Shown piece by piece: positions 17,987 to 27,123 of a stretch of DNA of 64,000 nt. Position numbers and translations under genes: made by a program. How positions within the stretch are numbered: the first letter of the stretch is position 1; the number at the start of each line of letters is the position of its first letter. The notes under the pieces are model-generated. The model was not told the origin of the DNA. It saw only the letters and a list, made by a program, of their open reading frames with translations, and did not search any database. The stretch is from an uncultured Acidobacteriaceae bacterium (lineage in GTDB: Bacteria > Acidobacteriota > Terriglobia > Terriglobales > Acidobacteriaceae): assembly GCA_963824325.1 (NCBI GenBank), contig CAWGPA010000001.1, positions 310,393 through 374,392 on the forward strand, in the 5' to 3' direction.

Positions 17987-20453
17987 ATGGGCGATTTTTA
18001 CGACGACCTCAAATATTCCCTTCGCATGTTGATCGCCAACCCTGCGTTCACCATCACCGCCATTGCGGCCCTGGCGCTGGGTATTGGAGCAAACACTGCC
18101 ATCTTTACGGTCGTCAACACTGTGCTGCTCAAGCCCCTCGACTATCCCGAGCCTGACCGGCTGGTGCAGTTCCTGAACATCGACCCGGATGGGTCCAGTC
18201 ACTTCGCTTCGCCCACAAATTTCCTTAACTGGAAGGATCAGACCAGCGTTTTCCAGGACGTTGCTGCCTATGACGACGCGGGTCCCGGCTTCAATCTCAC
18301 CGGCGCTGTGCCCGAACTGGTTCACGGTATCCACGTTTCCAGAAACTACTTCGCGCTCTTCGGCGCTCCGGTTATGCTGGGCCGCACGTTCAACCAGCAG
18401 GAAGATAGCCCCAATGGAGGCAAGGTCGTCGTTATCAGCTACGGCCTGTGGAAACGCAAATTCGGCGGCAGCTCCCAACATCGCCGGGACCTCGATCTCG
18501 TTGGGCGATGAGTCCTACACCATCCTCGGCGTGACCGGGAAATCGTTCGTGACCGATCCCCAAGCTGACCTCTGGCTTCCCTTCCAATTCGATCCCAACA
18601 CCACCAACCAGGGTCACTACTTCCTGGTTGCCGGGCGCCTCAAACCAGGCGTCACGCTGGCTCAGGCGAATGCTCAACTCAAGATTGCTGCTGCTCAGTT
18701 CCGCCGCCGCTACCCGGACGCGGTGGCCGCTATGGACCCCAGAGGAACGTTCACCGTTCAGCCTCTGCGCGACCAAGTTGTCGCCGGTGCTCGGTCTTCC
18801 CTACTCGTGCTGCTGGGCGCGGTCGGGTTGGTCCTGCTGATCGCCTGCGCCAATGTCGCCAATCTCCTGCTCGTCCGGGCTACCGGCCGTAAACGGGAAT
18901 TCGCCATCCGCGCGGCCATGGGGGCGGGCCGCGCCCGCATCATCCGCCAGTTGCTCACCGAGAGCATTGTCCTCTCCATGATCGGCGGCGCTCTCGGGCT
19001 CATCCTGGGATTCGCCGGCGTGCGCGCCCTGCTGGCCGTCAGCCCTGGGGATATCCCCCGCATTGGTGAACACGGCGCCGCGGTCGGCATCGACTGGCGC
19101 GTCCTCGCCTTTAGCCTTGGCATTTCGCTGCTGACCGGGATTCTGTTCGGGCTCTTCCCGGCCATCGGCGCCTCACGTCCCGACCTCAACTCCAGTCTGA
19201 AGGAGAGCAGTAACCGGTCCGGTACCGGCTTCCGTCAAAGCAAAGCCCGTTCGCTATTGGTCATCAGCGAAGTTTCGCTCGCGCTCGTACTCCTCATTGG
19301 CGCTGCGCTGCTTATTCGCACTTTCATCGCTCTGCGCCACGTCAATCCCGGTTTCAACGGTCACAACGTTCTTACCCTCGAGATGTCGCTCATCGGCAAC
19401 CGCTACCAAAAGACCGCCGGGGTCGCCCAGTTCTCTCGCGACGGCCGGGAGCGCGTCAACGCCATCCCTGGCGTAGAAGTCTCGGCCTTCGCCTGCAGCC
19501 TGCCGCTCGAAGCCGGATACAAGCTGCCCTTCAACATCGTCGGGCGTCCACTGGGCAAAAATGAGTTCACCGGAGGCGCAGGCTGGCTCAGCGCCTCGCC
19601 GGGCTACTTTGCCGTCTTCAAAATCCCCATCATCCGGGGCCGCGATTTCACCGACCGCGACAGCGCAGGCGCGCCCGGCGTGATCATTATCAACCAGGCC
19701 ATGGCCAGAAAATACTGGCCTGATCAAGATCCTATCGGCCAGCTGATTGAGATTAGTAAAGGCCACGGCCCGCAGTTTGATGAACCTGCGCGCCAGATCA
19801 TCGGCATTGTGGGCGACATGCGCGTCAACGAGCTAAACATTGATCCGAACCCGCTCATGATCGTCCCCCTGGCCCAGGTCACCGACGGCATGACCACCCT
19901 CTTTGCCGGCATCAGCCCCATGGCGTGGCTGGTCCGCACCCACGGCGATCCACATCCGTACATCGCCGCCATCAGCGAACAGCTGCGCCAGGCGAGTGGT
20001 GGATTCCCCGTGGGCCGCGTCCGCCCTATGGAGCAGGTGGTGGTGCAGTCTACTGCCCGTGAGGACTTCAACATGCTGCTGCTGACCATCTTCGGAGCCT
20101 CCGCGATGCTGCTCGCCGCGATTGGCATCTACGGCCTCATGGCTTATTCGGTGCAGCAGCGCACGCAGGAAATGGGCATTCGCATGGCACTGGGAGCCGA
20201 TCGTGCCCGAATCCGGAATCTCGTTGTGGGGCACGGCATGCGTTTGGCTTTGGTGGGGATCATCGTCGGCATCAGCGCGGGGTTCGGGCTCACGCGCTTC
20301 CTCGCCAGTTTTCTGTACGGCGTCAAATCCTGGGATCCGTTGGTATTCGTAACCGTCCCGATTATTTTAGGCGCGGTCGCTCTGCTCGCCGTCTGGATAC
20401 CCGCCTCACGGGCTGCGCGGTTGGATCCCCTCCAGGCTTTGCGAACCGAGTGA
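17987..20453 (+). pseudogene. ADOP-family duplicated MacB-like ABC permease, disrupted by a 1-nt frameshift near 18473
   Basis: ORF 17987..18511 ends ...ISYGLWKRKFGGS. ORF 18189..20453, one frame over, continues PNIAGTSISLGDESYTILGV... Skipping one base restores a continuous MacB periplasmic domain. Two FtsX-type modules are present (..IACANVANLLLVRATGRKREFAIRAAMGAGR.. and ..GLMAYSVQQRTQEMGIRMALGADR..). Confidence 0.85.
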
Positions 20454-20797
20454 GACCTGCGCGACGCGGGAAAGGAAGCACGGCGGATAAACGGGGAAGC
20501 CATGCGCACCGGTTCCCTCCCAGGTTTCGTCACAGCGTGGTCAGCCGATGGGCGGGCTGACCAGCGGCAAGACGAATCCTGCCGGAAGAATTGAGAGGTG
20601 CTGCGGGTGAGAAAGATCTGTCCCTCCGCCCCTGGGAACGTCGGGTCTTCATCAGCGAGGTTCTCCGTGGCGAAGGCATGGGACTTGAAAAGATTGGAGA
20701 GAACTTCTATCGAATCCAGCCGACTTCTCGGTAGTTGTCGTGTCTCAGTGAGTGCAGTAGCGAAAAGCACTCACCGAGATCGCCAATTTCAGATGGG

Positions 20798-21217
20798 TTA
20801 AAGCCTGGGGCTCGCGTCCAACTCCGAGGCCCGCGCCAGCGCTTGCGTGTCGATGTATTCCCGGATCTTCATCACCTTGCCGTTCCGAACAGTGATGTCG
20901 AAGACCCAGTCGTCCTTGAACGCCTTATTCGTGGCCTTGATTTTCCCTGTAGCGACGCCGACGACCAGAACCCGCTCTCCCTGCGCCACAAATTCCGGGG
21001 GCTCCGGATAGGTCATCTCTATCTCTTCGGAAGCCTTCTGCAGCACCCCCGCCAATCCCGCGTGCCCGCGGTACGTGCCTGCCAGCGGCCAGTCCTCGCC
21101 CGGAACGATCCACTCAATATCTTCGGCAGACAACGACAGCAGGCCTTGCTTATCCCCGCTGCCCATCGCTCGAAAGAAATCCTTCACAACCTGGACGTTC
21201 TTTTCAATGCTCATCAA
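20798..21217 (-). CDS. SnoaL-like / NTF2-fold protein
   Basis: 139 aa. NVQVVKDFFRAMGSGDKQGLLSLSAEDIEWIVPG...DDWVFDITVRNGKVMKIREYIDT is typical of ketosteroid-isomerase-like NTF2 proteins. Confidence 0.75.
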   Translation of the reverse strand: MMSIEKNVQVVKDFFRAMGSGDKQGLLSLSAEDIEWIVPGEDWPLAGTYRGHAGLAGVLQKASEEIEMTYPEPPEFVAQGERVLVVGVATGKIKATNKAFKDDWVFDITVRNGKVMKIREYIDTQALARASELDASPRL

Positions 21218-21251
21218 ATCTCTCCTTTTCCCTTAGAACAACCGTGTCCGC

Positions 21252-21854
21252 TCACTGCACCTTCTTGAACAAATCCTGGAAGATGAGCGGACCCCAGATG
21301 CGGCCGCGTGCGTGCACCAACGCGCCACCCTCGTTGAGCTTCCCCAGCTTGACGGGTGCGAACCCGAGTTGTTTGGCCAAATCCGCCACGGGGGCGATCG
21401 CGTCCTCGTCATCGCTCGACAGAAAGACGACCCGGTGGCCGCCCTCGACGCCTGGATCGGTCGCCAGGATGGCCGCCACCAGGTGATTGAAGCCTTTCAC
21501 GAGCTTGGCGCCGGTAAACGACTTCGCAACGAAGGCGGAGGACGGGAGACCGTCCAGTTCCTCAGGTGGGACTGGAAACGAGTTCATCGCGTCAATGACT
21601 GTCTTGCCTTTCCAACTCGACAGGGCCTTCGCAACCTCGCGATGTTCTCCGAACGGGACCGCCAAGATGATTGTGTCGGCCTCGAGCGCATCCTGCAGCG
21701 ACCTGGCGACGACCGTGGGTCCAATCGCCCGAGCCAGCGGCGCTAACTCTTCGGGCTGTCGGCGACTCGCGACGGTGACTTCGATGTTCTTACGGGCGAA
21801 GGCGTGGGCGAGGGCCTGGCCTATCTTGCCAAATCCTACGATGGCATAGCTCAT
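21252..21854 (-). CDS. NAD(P)-binding oxidoreductase (NADPH-dependent F420 reductase-like)
   Basis: ORF 21252..21944. The start is set at the ATG at 21854 (MSYAIVGFGKIGQALAHAFARKNIEVTVASRR), which places the Rossmann GxGxxG at the N-terminus. Confidence 0.75.
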   Translation of the reverse strand: MSYAIVGFGKIGQALAHAFARKNIEVTVASRRQPEELAPLARAIGPTVVARSLQDALEADTIILAVPFGEHREVAKALSSWKGKTVIDAMNSFPVPPEELDGLPSSAFVAKSFTGAKLVKGFNHLVAAILATDPGVEGGHRVVFLSSDDEDAIAPVADLAKQLGFAPVKLGKLNEGGALVHARGRIWGPLIFQDLFKKVQ

Positions 21855-21900
21855 GATGTGTCTCCGATACATGTTGATGTTGCTCTTGATTTCCCGGCTT

Positions 21901-22632
21901 TTAGATTGCGGAGAAGCCGCCGTCGACAGCCAACTCCACGCCATTCACGTAGCTCGATTCGTCTGAAGCCAGAAAGAGCGCGACCGCCGCAATTTCCTCA
22001 GGACGCCCCATCTTGCCGCGCGGGATCAGGGACTCAAACATCTCCCTCGTCTCCTTGTCGAGGCGCTGGGAATCCGGCGTGTCGACCTGCCCGGGGCTCA
22101 GCACGTTCACGCGAATATTCCTGCTCTTCAGTTCGTTGAGCCAGGTACGTGCGAAGGAGCGCAAGGCCGCCTTGCTCGCCGCATACACGCCGAAACCAGG
22201 AAACCCTTTCACGGAAGCAACGGAGCCGGTCATGATGATCGATCCGCCATCGTTGATCAGCGGCAACGCCTTCTGAACCGTAAACAAGGTGCCGCGCACA
22301 ATCAGGCCGAAGCCCGCATCGAAGTGCTCCTCCGTGATCTCGCCCAGCTTGGCGGCCTCGCCCTTGCCGGCACTCGCGAACAGGACGTCGATCTTGCCTT
22401 TTTCCCGCTTCACGATGTCGAACAGGCGGTCGAGGTCGTCGAGATTGGACACGTCGCCGCGCACGCCCGTGACGTTGCGGCCGATCAGCTTGACGGCCTC
22501 GTCGAGCTGTTCCTGCCTTCGGCCCACGATGAAAACGTAGGCGCCTTCTTCCACGAACCGCTTGGCGCTCTCAAGCGCCAAGCCGCTCGATCCACCCGTG
22601 ATGACTGCAACCTTACCTTCAAGCTTTCCCAT
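21901..22632 (-). CDS. SDR family oxidoreductase (paralog A)
   Basis: 243 aa with MGKLEGKVAVITGGSSGLALESAK, ASAG and YAASKAALRSFARTW motifs. Confidence 0.9.
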   Translation of the reverse strand: MGKLEGKVAVITGGSSGLALESAKRFVEEGAYVFIVGRRQEQLDEAVKLIGRNVTGVRGDVSNLDDLDRLFDIVKREKGKIDVLFASAGKGEAAKLGEITEEHFDAGFGLIVRGTLFTVQKALPLINDGGSIIMTGSVASVKGFPGFGVYAASKAALRSFARTWLNELKSRNIRVNVLSPGQVDTPDSQRLDKETREMFESLIPRGKMGRPEEIAAVALFLASDESSYVNGVELAVDGGFSAI

Positions 22633-22766
22633 GATGACTCCCTTTGGTAGATCTGGAACATTCAGTACAGAAGATCCCTTTGATTGCTTTTTGTTGGCCC
22701 GGGGGCTTCGATTGTTTGCGCGCGGCGCGGCGATGAGTGACTCGCCTCGAAGTAACGATTGAGATG

Positions 22767-23501
22767 TCAGATCGCCGTCATGCCGCCGTCGACGAACAAC
22801 TCAACCCCGTTCACGAAGCTTGAATCGCCTGAAGCAAGAAACAGCGCGACCGTCGCGACTTCCTCAGATTGACCCATTGTTCCCCGCGGGACGAGGGACT
22901 CGAAATACTGCTTCGCTTCCTTGGTGAGAACTGCTTCCTGCATCGGTGTGGCAATAGCACCGGGAACCAGCAGGTTGACGCGGATCTTTCTGTCCTTCAG
23001 CTCGTTGAGCCAAGTACGGGCGAAGGAGCGCAGCGCCAACTTGCTCGCCGCATACACGCCGAAACCAGGGAAACCTTTCGCCGCAGCGTTGGACCCGGTC
23101 ATGAAAATTGATCCACCATCGTTGAACAGTGGCAACGCTTTCTGCACCGTGAAGAGTGTGCCGCGCACGTTGAGGTCGAAGGTCTTATCGAAGTGCTGCT
23201 CGGTAATCTCCCCCAGCGGGACGGGCTCACCTATGCCGGCACTCGCGAACAGGACGTCGATCTTGCCTTTTTCCCGCTTCACGATGTCGAACAGCCGGTC
23301 GAGGTCTTCGAGATTGGCCGCATCACCCTGAACGCCAGTTACATTCCGGCCGATGACCTTGATTGCCTCGTCGATCAGCTCCTGCTTCCGTCCCGTGATG
23401 AATACGTAAGCACCCTCTTCCACAAAGAGCTTGGCGCTTGCCAGCGCCATACCGCTCGTTCCACCCGTGATCACTGCAACTTTTCCTTCAAGCTTTCCCA
23501 T
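22767..23501 (-). CDS. SDR family oxidoreductase (paralog B, tandem duplicate of A)
   Basis: Start at the ATG at 23501 (MGKLEGKVAVITGGTSGMALASAK). It is colinear with, and by eye mostly identical to, the upstream SDR. A 60-nt block is perfectly identical between them (22366-22425 = 23235-23294). Confidence 0.9.
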   Translation of the reverse strand: MGKLEGKVAVITGGTSGMALASAKLFVEEGAYVFITGRKQELIDEAIKVIGRNVTGVQGDAANLEDLDRLFDIVKREKGKIDVLFASAGIGEPVPLGEITEQHFDKTFDLNVRGTLFTVQKALPLFNDGGSIFMTGSNAAAKGFPGFGVYAASKLALRSFARTWLNELKDRKIRVNLLVPGAIATPMQEAVLTKEAKQYFESLVPRGTMGQSEEVATVALFLASGDSSFVNGVELFVDGGMTAI

Positions 23502-23622
23502 GATTGCTCCCTCTGGCGGATGTCCAGCATCCACTACTGAGGAGTAGAGTTTCTAAGTAGTGGACGCGAACTGCTCGAACGTCCAAACATTTTGTCTATT
23601 CGTCCAAAAGGAGTGGCTCAGC

Positions 23623-24618
23623 GTGGACCCGATAAGCGACATCTTCAGAACCATGCGCATAACAGCTTTCGGTCAGCACAGGCTGGAAGCTACCGCTCCA
23701 TGGGGCTTACTCCAAGAGAAACGGGCCGAAGAACAGGCCACTCCATCTGGAGGCAAACATGCACCCACAGACTTGGCGCACTTCGCCATGCTGTCACGCG
23801 GCAACTGCTGGCTCAGTGTCGAAGGCAACTCGGACCCGATTCCGTTGACCGGTGGCGACTGCTTCTTGCTGGACCGCGGCACTTCGATCGTCATGCGCGA
23901 TAGCCCGCGAACACGTCCAAGGTCAACCTTCCGCGAACTCGCCATGAAAGCCAACGAGAATGTCGTTCATCACGGAGGCGGTGGCGCACCGACGACAATC
24001 GTCTGCGGATCCTTTAGTTTCGATCGCCTCAGCCTGAGGCCCATCAGCCAGTTGTTGCCGAGCTTCATTCTGATCAAGGCCGATCAGGCACGCACACTTG
24101 CTCTTCACAGCACCGTGCAGGCGTTGGCATCAGAAATGGCAGAACAGGCGCCGGGATCTGGAGTCGTCGCGACTCGGTTGGCCGAGGTTCTGTTTATCCA
24201 GATGCTCCGGGCGCATATCGCGTCGGAACCGGAACACAACAAAGGATGGCTTCGTGCCGTTTTCGATCCTCAAATCGGCACTGCCCTGAGTGCCATTCAC
24301 GACAGAGTGAATACACCTTGGACGGTCGAATCCTTGGCCCAGGCGGCGGGCATGTCTCGTTCCGGATTCGCAGCCCGTTTCAAAGAGCTGCTCGGACAGA
24401 CGCCGCTAGAGTATGTGACTGGATGGCGGATGCAGAAGGCGATGCAGTTACTCGAACAGCGCGACAAAAAGCTCATAGATGTAGCGCGGTTGGTCGGTTA
24501 CGAGTCCGACGCTGCGTTCAGTAAAGCGTTCAAGCGAGTTGTCGGGGCCAACACTGGTGAATACATCAAACGTGCTCGTGAAGGCCGCGCCAATGCCGGA
24601 ACAGCGGAAGCTTTTTGA
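23623..24618 (+). CDS. AraC family transcriptional regulator with N-terminal cupin-like sensor domain
   Basis: I prefer the GTG at 23623 (VDPISDIFRTMRITAF...), preceded by aaaaggag. The C-terminal AraC HTH pair is TVESLAQAAGMSRSGFAARFKELLGQTPLEYVTGWRMQKAMQLL...DVARLVGYESDAAFSKAFKR. Confidence 0.85.
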   Translation: MDPISDIFRTMRITAFGQHRLEATAPWGLLQEKRAEEQATPSGGKHAPTDLAHFAMLSRGNCWLSVEGNSDPIPLTGGDCFLLDRGTSIVMRDSPRTRPRSTFRELAMKANENVVHHGGGGAPTTIVCGSFSFDRLSLRPISQLLPSFILIKADQARTLALHSTVQALASEMAEQAPGSGVVATRLAEVLFIQMLRAHIASEPEHNKGWLRAVFDPQIGTALSAIHDRVNTPWTVESLAQAAGMSRSGFAARFKELLGQTPLEYVTGWRMQKAMQLLEQRDKKLIDVARLVGYESDAAFSKAFKRVVGANTGEYIKRAREGRANAGTAEAF

Positions 24619-24771
24619 AGCGGAGGATTCTGACTTTGGTGGCGGGTCCCAGGTGCCCAAGTGCCTCGCGTTCACGAACGGAACATAGCGCTTCCCGGCA
24701 CAAAACGTAAATCATCTCCCGGTGCTTTTGGCCCTGGGGCGGAGAGGACAGGAAACCATGAGTGTGGCCCC

Positions 24772-25140
24772 TTAGTTCCTTGTGCCGTATGTTTTCCCGG
24801 AATCGCCGCCACCATCCCACGTGCCGTCCAGCTTGTCCGCGGTGACTTTGAGTTCGATGTCGTAGTAAGAGTCCTGGTAAGGCGCCTGGAATCTCAAAAC
24901 GCCACTGACGAAAGTTAGATCTTTCGCAGGTTGTTCCCCTTCGCCGACGCTCAGGGAGCCAGTCAATTTTCCTTCACTCTCCTGGAGCGTCAGGGTCCAT
25001 TTGACCGGGTCCTCGGTACTTTCCGAGGTCATGTTCCACTTGCCGAGCAAGGGCTTATAGTCCTGTGCGTGGGCGGAAACTGTCAGCACCATGAGTCCCA
25101 GGCAGAGCGCGAAAAACCGGCGGCTGATCTTTTGAGCCAT
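24772..25140 (-). CDS. small exported hypothetical protein (beta-rich)
   Basis: ATG at 25140 preceded by ggagg. MAQKISRRFFALCLGLMVLTVSAHA is a signal peptide, followed by LLGKWNMTSESTEDPVKWTLTLQESEGKLTGSL... Confidence 0.6.
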   Translation of the reverse strand: MAQKISRRFFALCLGLMVLTVSAHAQDYKPLLGKWNMTSESTEDPVKWTLTLQESEGKLTGSLSVGEGEQPAKDLTFVSGVLRFQAPYQDSYYDIELKVTADKLDGTWDGGGDSGKTYGTRN

Positions 25141-25367
25141 AACACTCCTCCGTGGCAACCGGCGCCACCTGAGCAGTGTACCTCTGGCCTCCGCCGTGTG
25201 CTTTTACAATTTAAACCCGCTCAATGAATCCTTTGCCGCCCGGTGGGAACTCCCTGCTGCAGCAGGGGGAGCGACGACCTTCAAGCCGGTTTGAGAGGAT
25301 GCGTGGCGTCGCCGATGCGATGCCCTTCGATCTTTGATGAGGGAGTTTTCGTGCGTTCAAGCGCCGA

Positions 25368-25802
25368 TCATTGACCGGGTGAGCCATGCTTATTCAGGGT
25401 CTCACCGATGTTTGCGAGCAGCCCATTCACTTGCCCGTCGATGCTGTCCGCTTCACGGAGAATGAGCACGTAGTGATCCAGATAGACTGGGACCCCATTC
25501 AGTGGAACAGCCAGTGCCACTGCTACCACGGATGCGTCGCTGCGTCCCTCGGCATTGACGAGCTTTACGGTTGTGAAGTAGAGGTCCAGTTGGGCATCGC
25601 TCATCTTGTCCACAACGCAACCCTGATGTTGCCTCACCGCTGACTTGAGGCCGTAAAGAAACAAGTTCACTGTATCCGTAGCTGTGGCGTCACCCGGGGC
25701 TTGCGGTGCTTGGATGTACATTGGTAATTTACAGGCAACCTTCGTTTCGCCGGACGCGGCGCCCACCATCAGAACTGAAAACAGCAAAGCAATCGCTCTC
25801 AT
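25368..25802 (-). CDS. small exported hypothetical protein
   Basis: Start set at the ATG at 25802 (MRAIALLFSVLMVGAASG signal peptide). The upstream extension of the listed ORF looks non-coding. Confidence 0.55.
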   Translation of the reverse strand: MRAIALLFSVLMVGAASGETKVACKLPMYIQAPQAPGDATATDTVNLFLYGLKSAVRQHQGCVVDKMSDAQLDLYFTTVKLVNAEGRSDASVVAVALAVPLNGVPVYLDHYVLILREADSIDGQVNGLLANIGETLNKHGSPGQ

Positions 25803-26436
25803 AGTGGTTTCCCGGGAAAAGAATGCTGACGACCGTCCTATGATCCTAGGGGACGAGGCTGCTCTTCTGGCTGCACCAAAAGAGGCAGTGTCTGTGGCCT
25901 TTATTTGTAATCTTCGCAGTTTGGGCTGCCCTCTATCTGCAGACACGATCTAACCTTCACCGTGGTATCGACCCGTGTTTGCCTGACAACTGGCTAAAGA
26001 AGAGCGCGAGTCCGTCGCAGAAGGTGTGTACTACGTGGGAACCCGGCTAAGCCATCGGCGGCACACCATTGGAAACAACCAAAATGGCAGAAGTATATCC
26101 AGGTAAATAACTTGCCGCACCGGGTGGAAGTTTTACACGATCTCCGGCAGTCAACTGCTCAAGTTCCTGCGACGGGAAATGCGCGTGATTCTTCGTTTCT
26201 ATGACTCGAAAGATGCACTATCATCCGGGAAAATGATGTCGCCTCTGTTTCGTTTTCCGTGGTAGTGGAGCAAGAGGCGCCGTCCTGGTGGGGAAGAGCA
26301 AGTCCGCCCACGAGCTTCACCAGGGACAACTGATCAATCGGCCGCGGATTGGGGGGGACCGGATTGCTGAGAGGATTGGCAACGACAGGCATCTCCGCTG
26401 CTCGATTCGATTTCAAATTAAAGGGAGGACAGTCCA

Positions 26437-26925
26437 TTGAAAACAACATTCGCTCCGGGGATGATCGCCGGGCTCGTTTTGCTGGGCACGCTATCGGCGG
26501 CTGGTCAAACACAGGGCGCCCCACTGAACGGGTCTTCAGCACTTCCGACTTCAGTTCAAAACGCGCTTGAGAACACAACAAACCGGTACGACTACGATTT
26601 CATCGCCAAGGGCTTCGTGTGGAGCAATCAGCCGCTTACATCCACTGCCGGCAAAATTTGCCAGACCATGAAGGACCACGCCTTCGCCGAAACTCCCTAC
26701 GTGATCAACAGCGAGCAGGACTGGAATGACTGCCTTAGGACTCAGATCCGCAGTATTGGCTACCTGCGTTGGTTGCGGAATGGCGGCTTTGAACCCAACC
26801 CCAAAAACCGTACCAACGCTCAGGAGTATCTGAAGAAGAAGTACGCCATGGGTCCTTGGGGCAGCTACTCCTTTACCCAGCTGAGCGACGCGGTAAAAGC
26901 CACCACAGGCAAGACGATTCCCTAG
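26437..26925 (+). CDS. exported hypothetical protein
   Basis: 162 aa with a TTG start after aagggagga and a signal peptide (MIAGLVLLGTLSAAGQ). No family recognised. Confidence 0.55.
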   Translation: MKTTFAPGMIAGLVLLGTLSAAGQTQGAPLNGSSALPTSVQNALENTTNRYDYDFIAKGFVWSNQPLTSTAGKICQTMKDHAFAETPYVINSEQDWNDCLRTQIRSIGYLRWLRNGGFEPNPKNRTNAQEYLKKKYAMGPWGSYSFTQLSDAVKATTGKTIP

Positions 26926-26959
26926 CGGTTCCATTCCAGCTGCCGGGAAACCCCTCCTG

Positions 26960-26993
26960 AACTGAAGCGTCATGTTGGCACGACGCTTCAGTT
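26960..26993. terminator. bidirectional terminator-like hairpin
   Basis: aactgaagcgtc (26960-26971) pairs perfectly with gacgcttcagtt (26982-26993) around a 10-nt loop. It sits between the convergent genes ending at 26925 (+) and 27124 (-). Confidence 0.5.
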
Positions 26994-27123
26994 AGCGGCG
27001 GCCTCTCGTCACCCCGCCCGCCGGCAGTTGCCGTTAGTTTCGGCCTAAGGCGAGCGTTCAGCCGCCCATCATCGGCCGAGCCCACAGACATGGCCAGCGC
27101 CACCTGGGCGAATAAGAACAACC

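Noticed and set aside
20144-20770. 208-aa minus-strand ORF spanning the 3-prime end of the ADOP gene and the following spacer
   Set aside because: Half of it is antisense to the well-supported permease. The remainder has no family resemblance and an odd composition. I treat 20454-20797 as intergenic, with a GTGAGTGC...GCACTCAC hairpin at 20748-20774.
26159-26581. 140-aa minus-strand ORF in the spacer before the 26437 gene
   Set aside because: It overlaps the better-supported plus-strand gene start, which has an RBS and a signal peptide. It has low-complexity, non-protein-like sequence and no motif.
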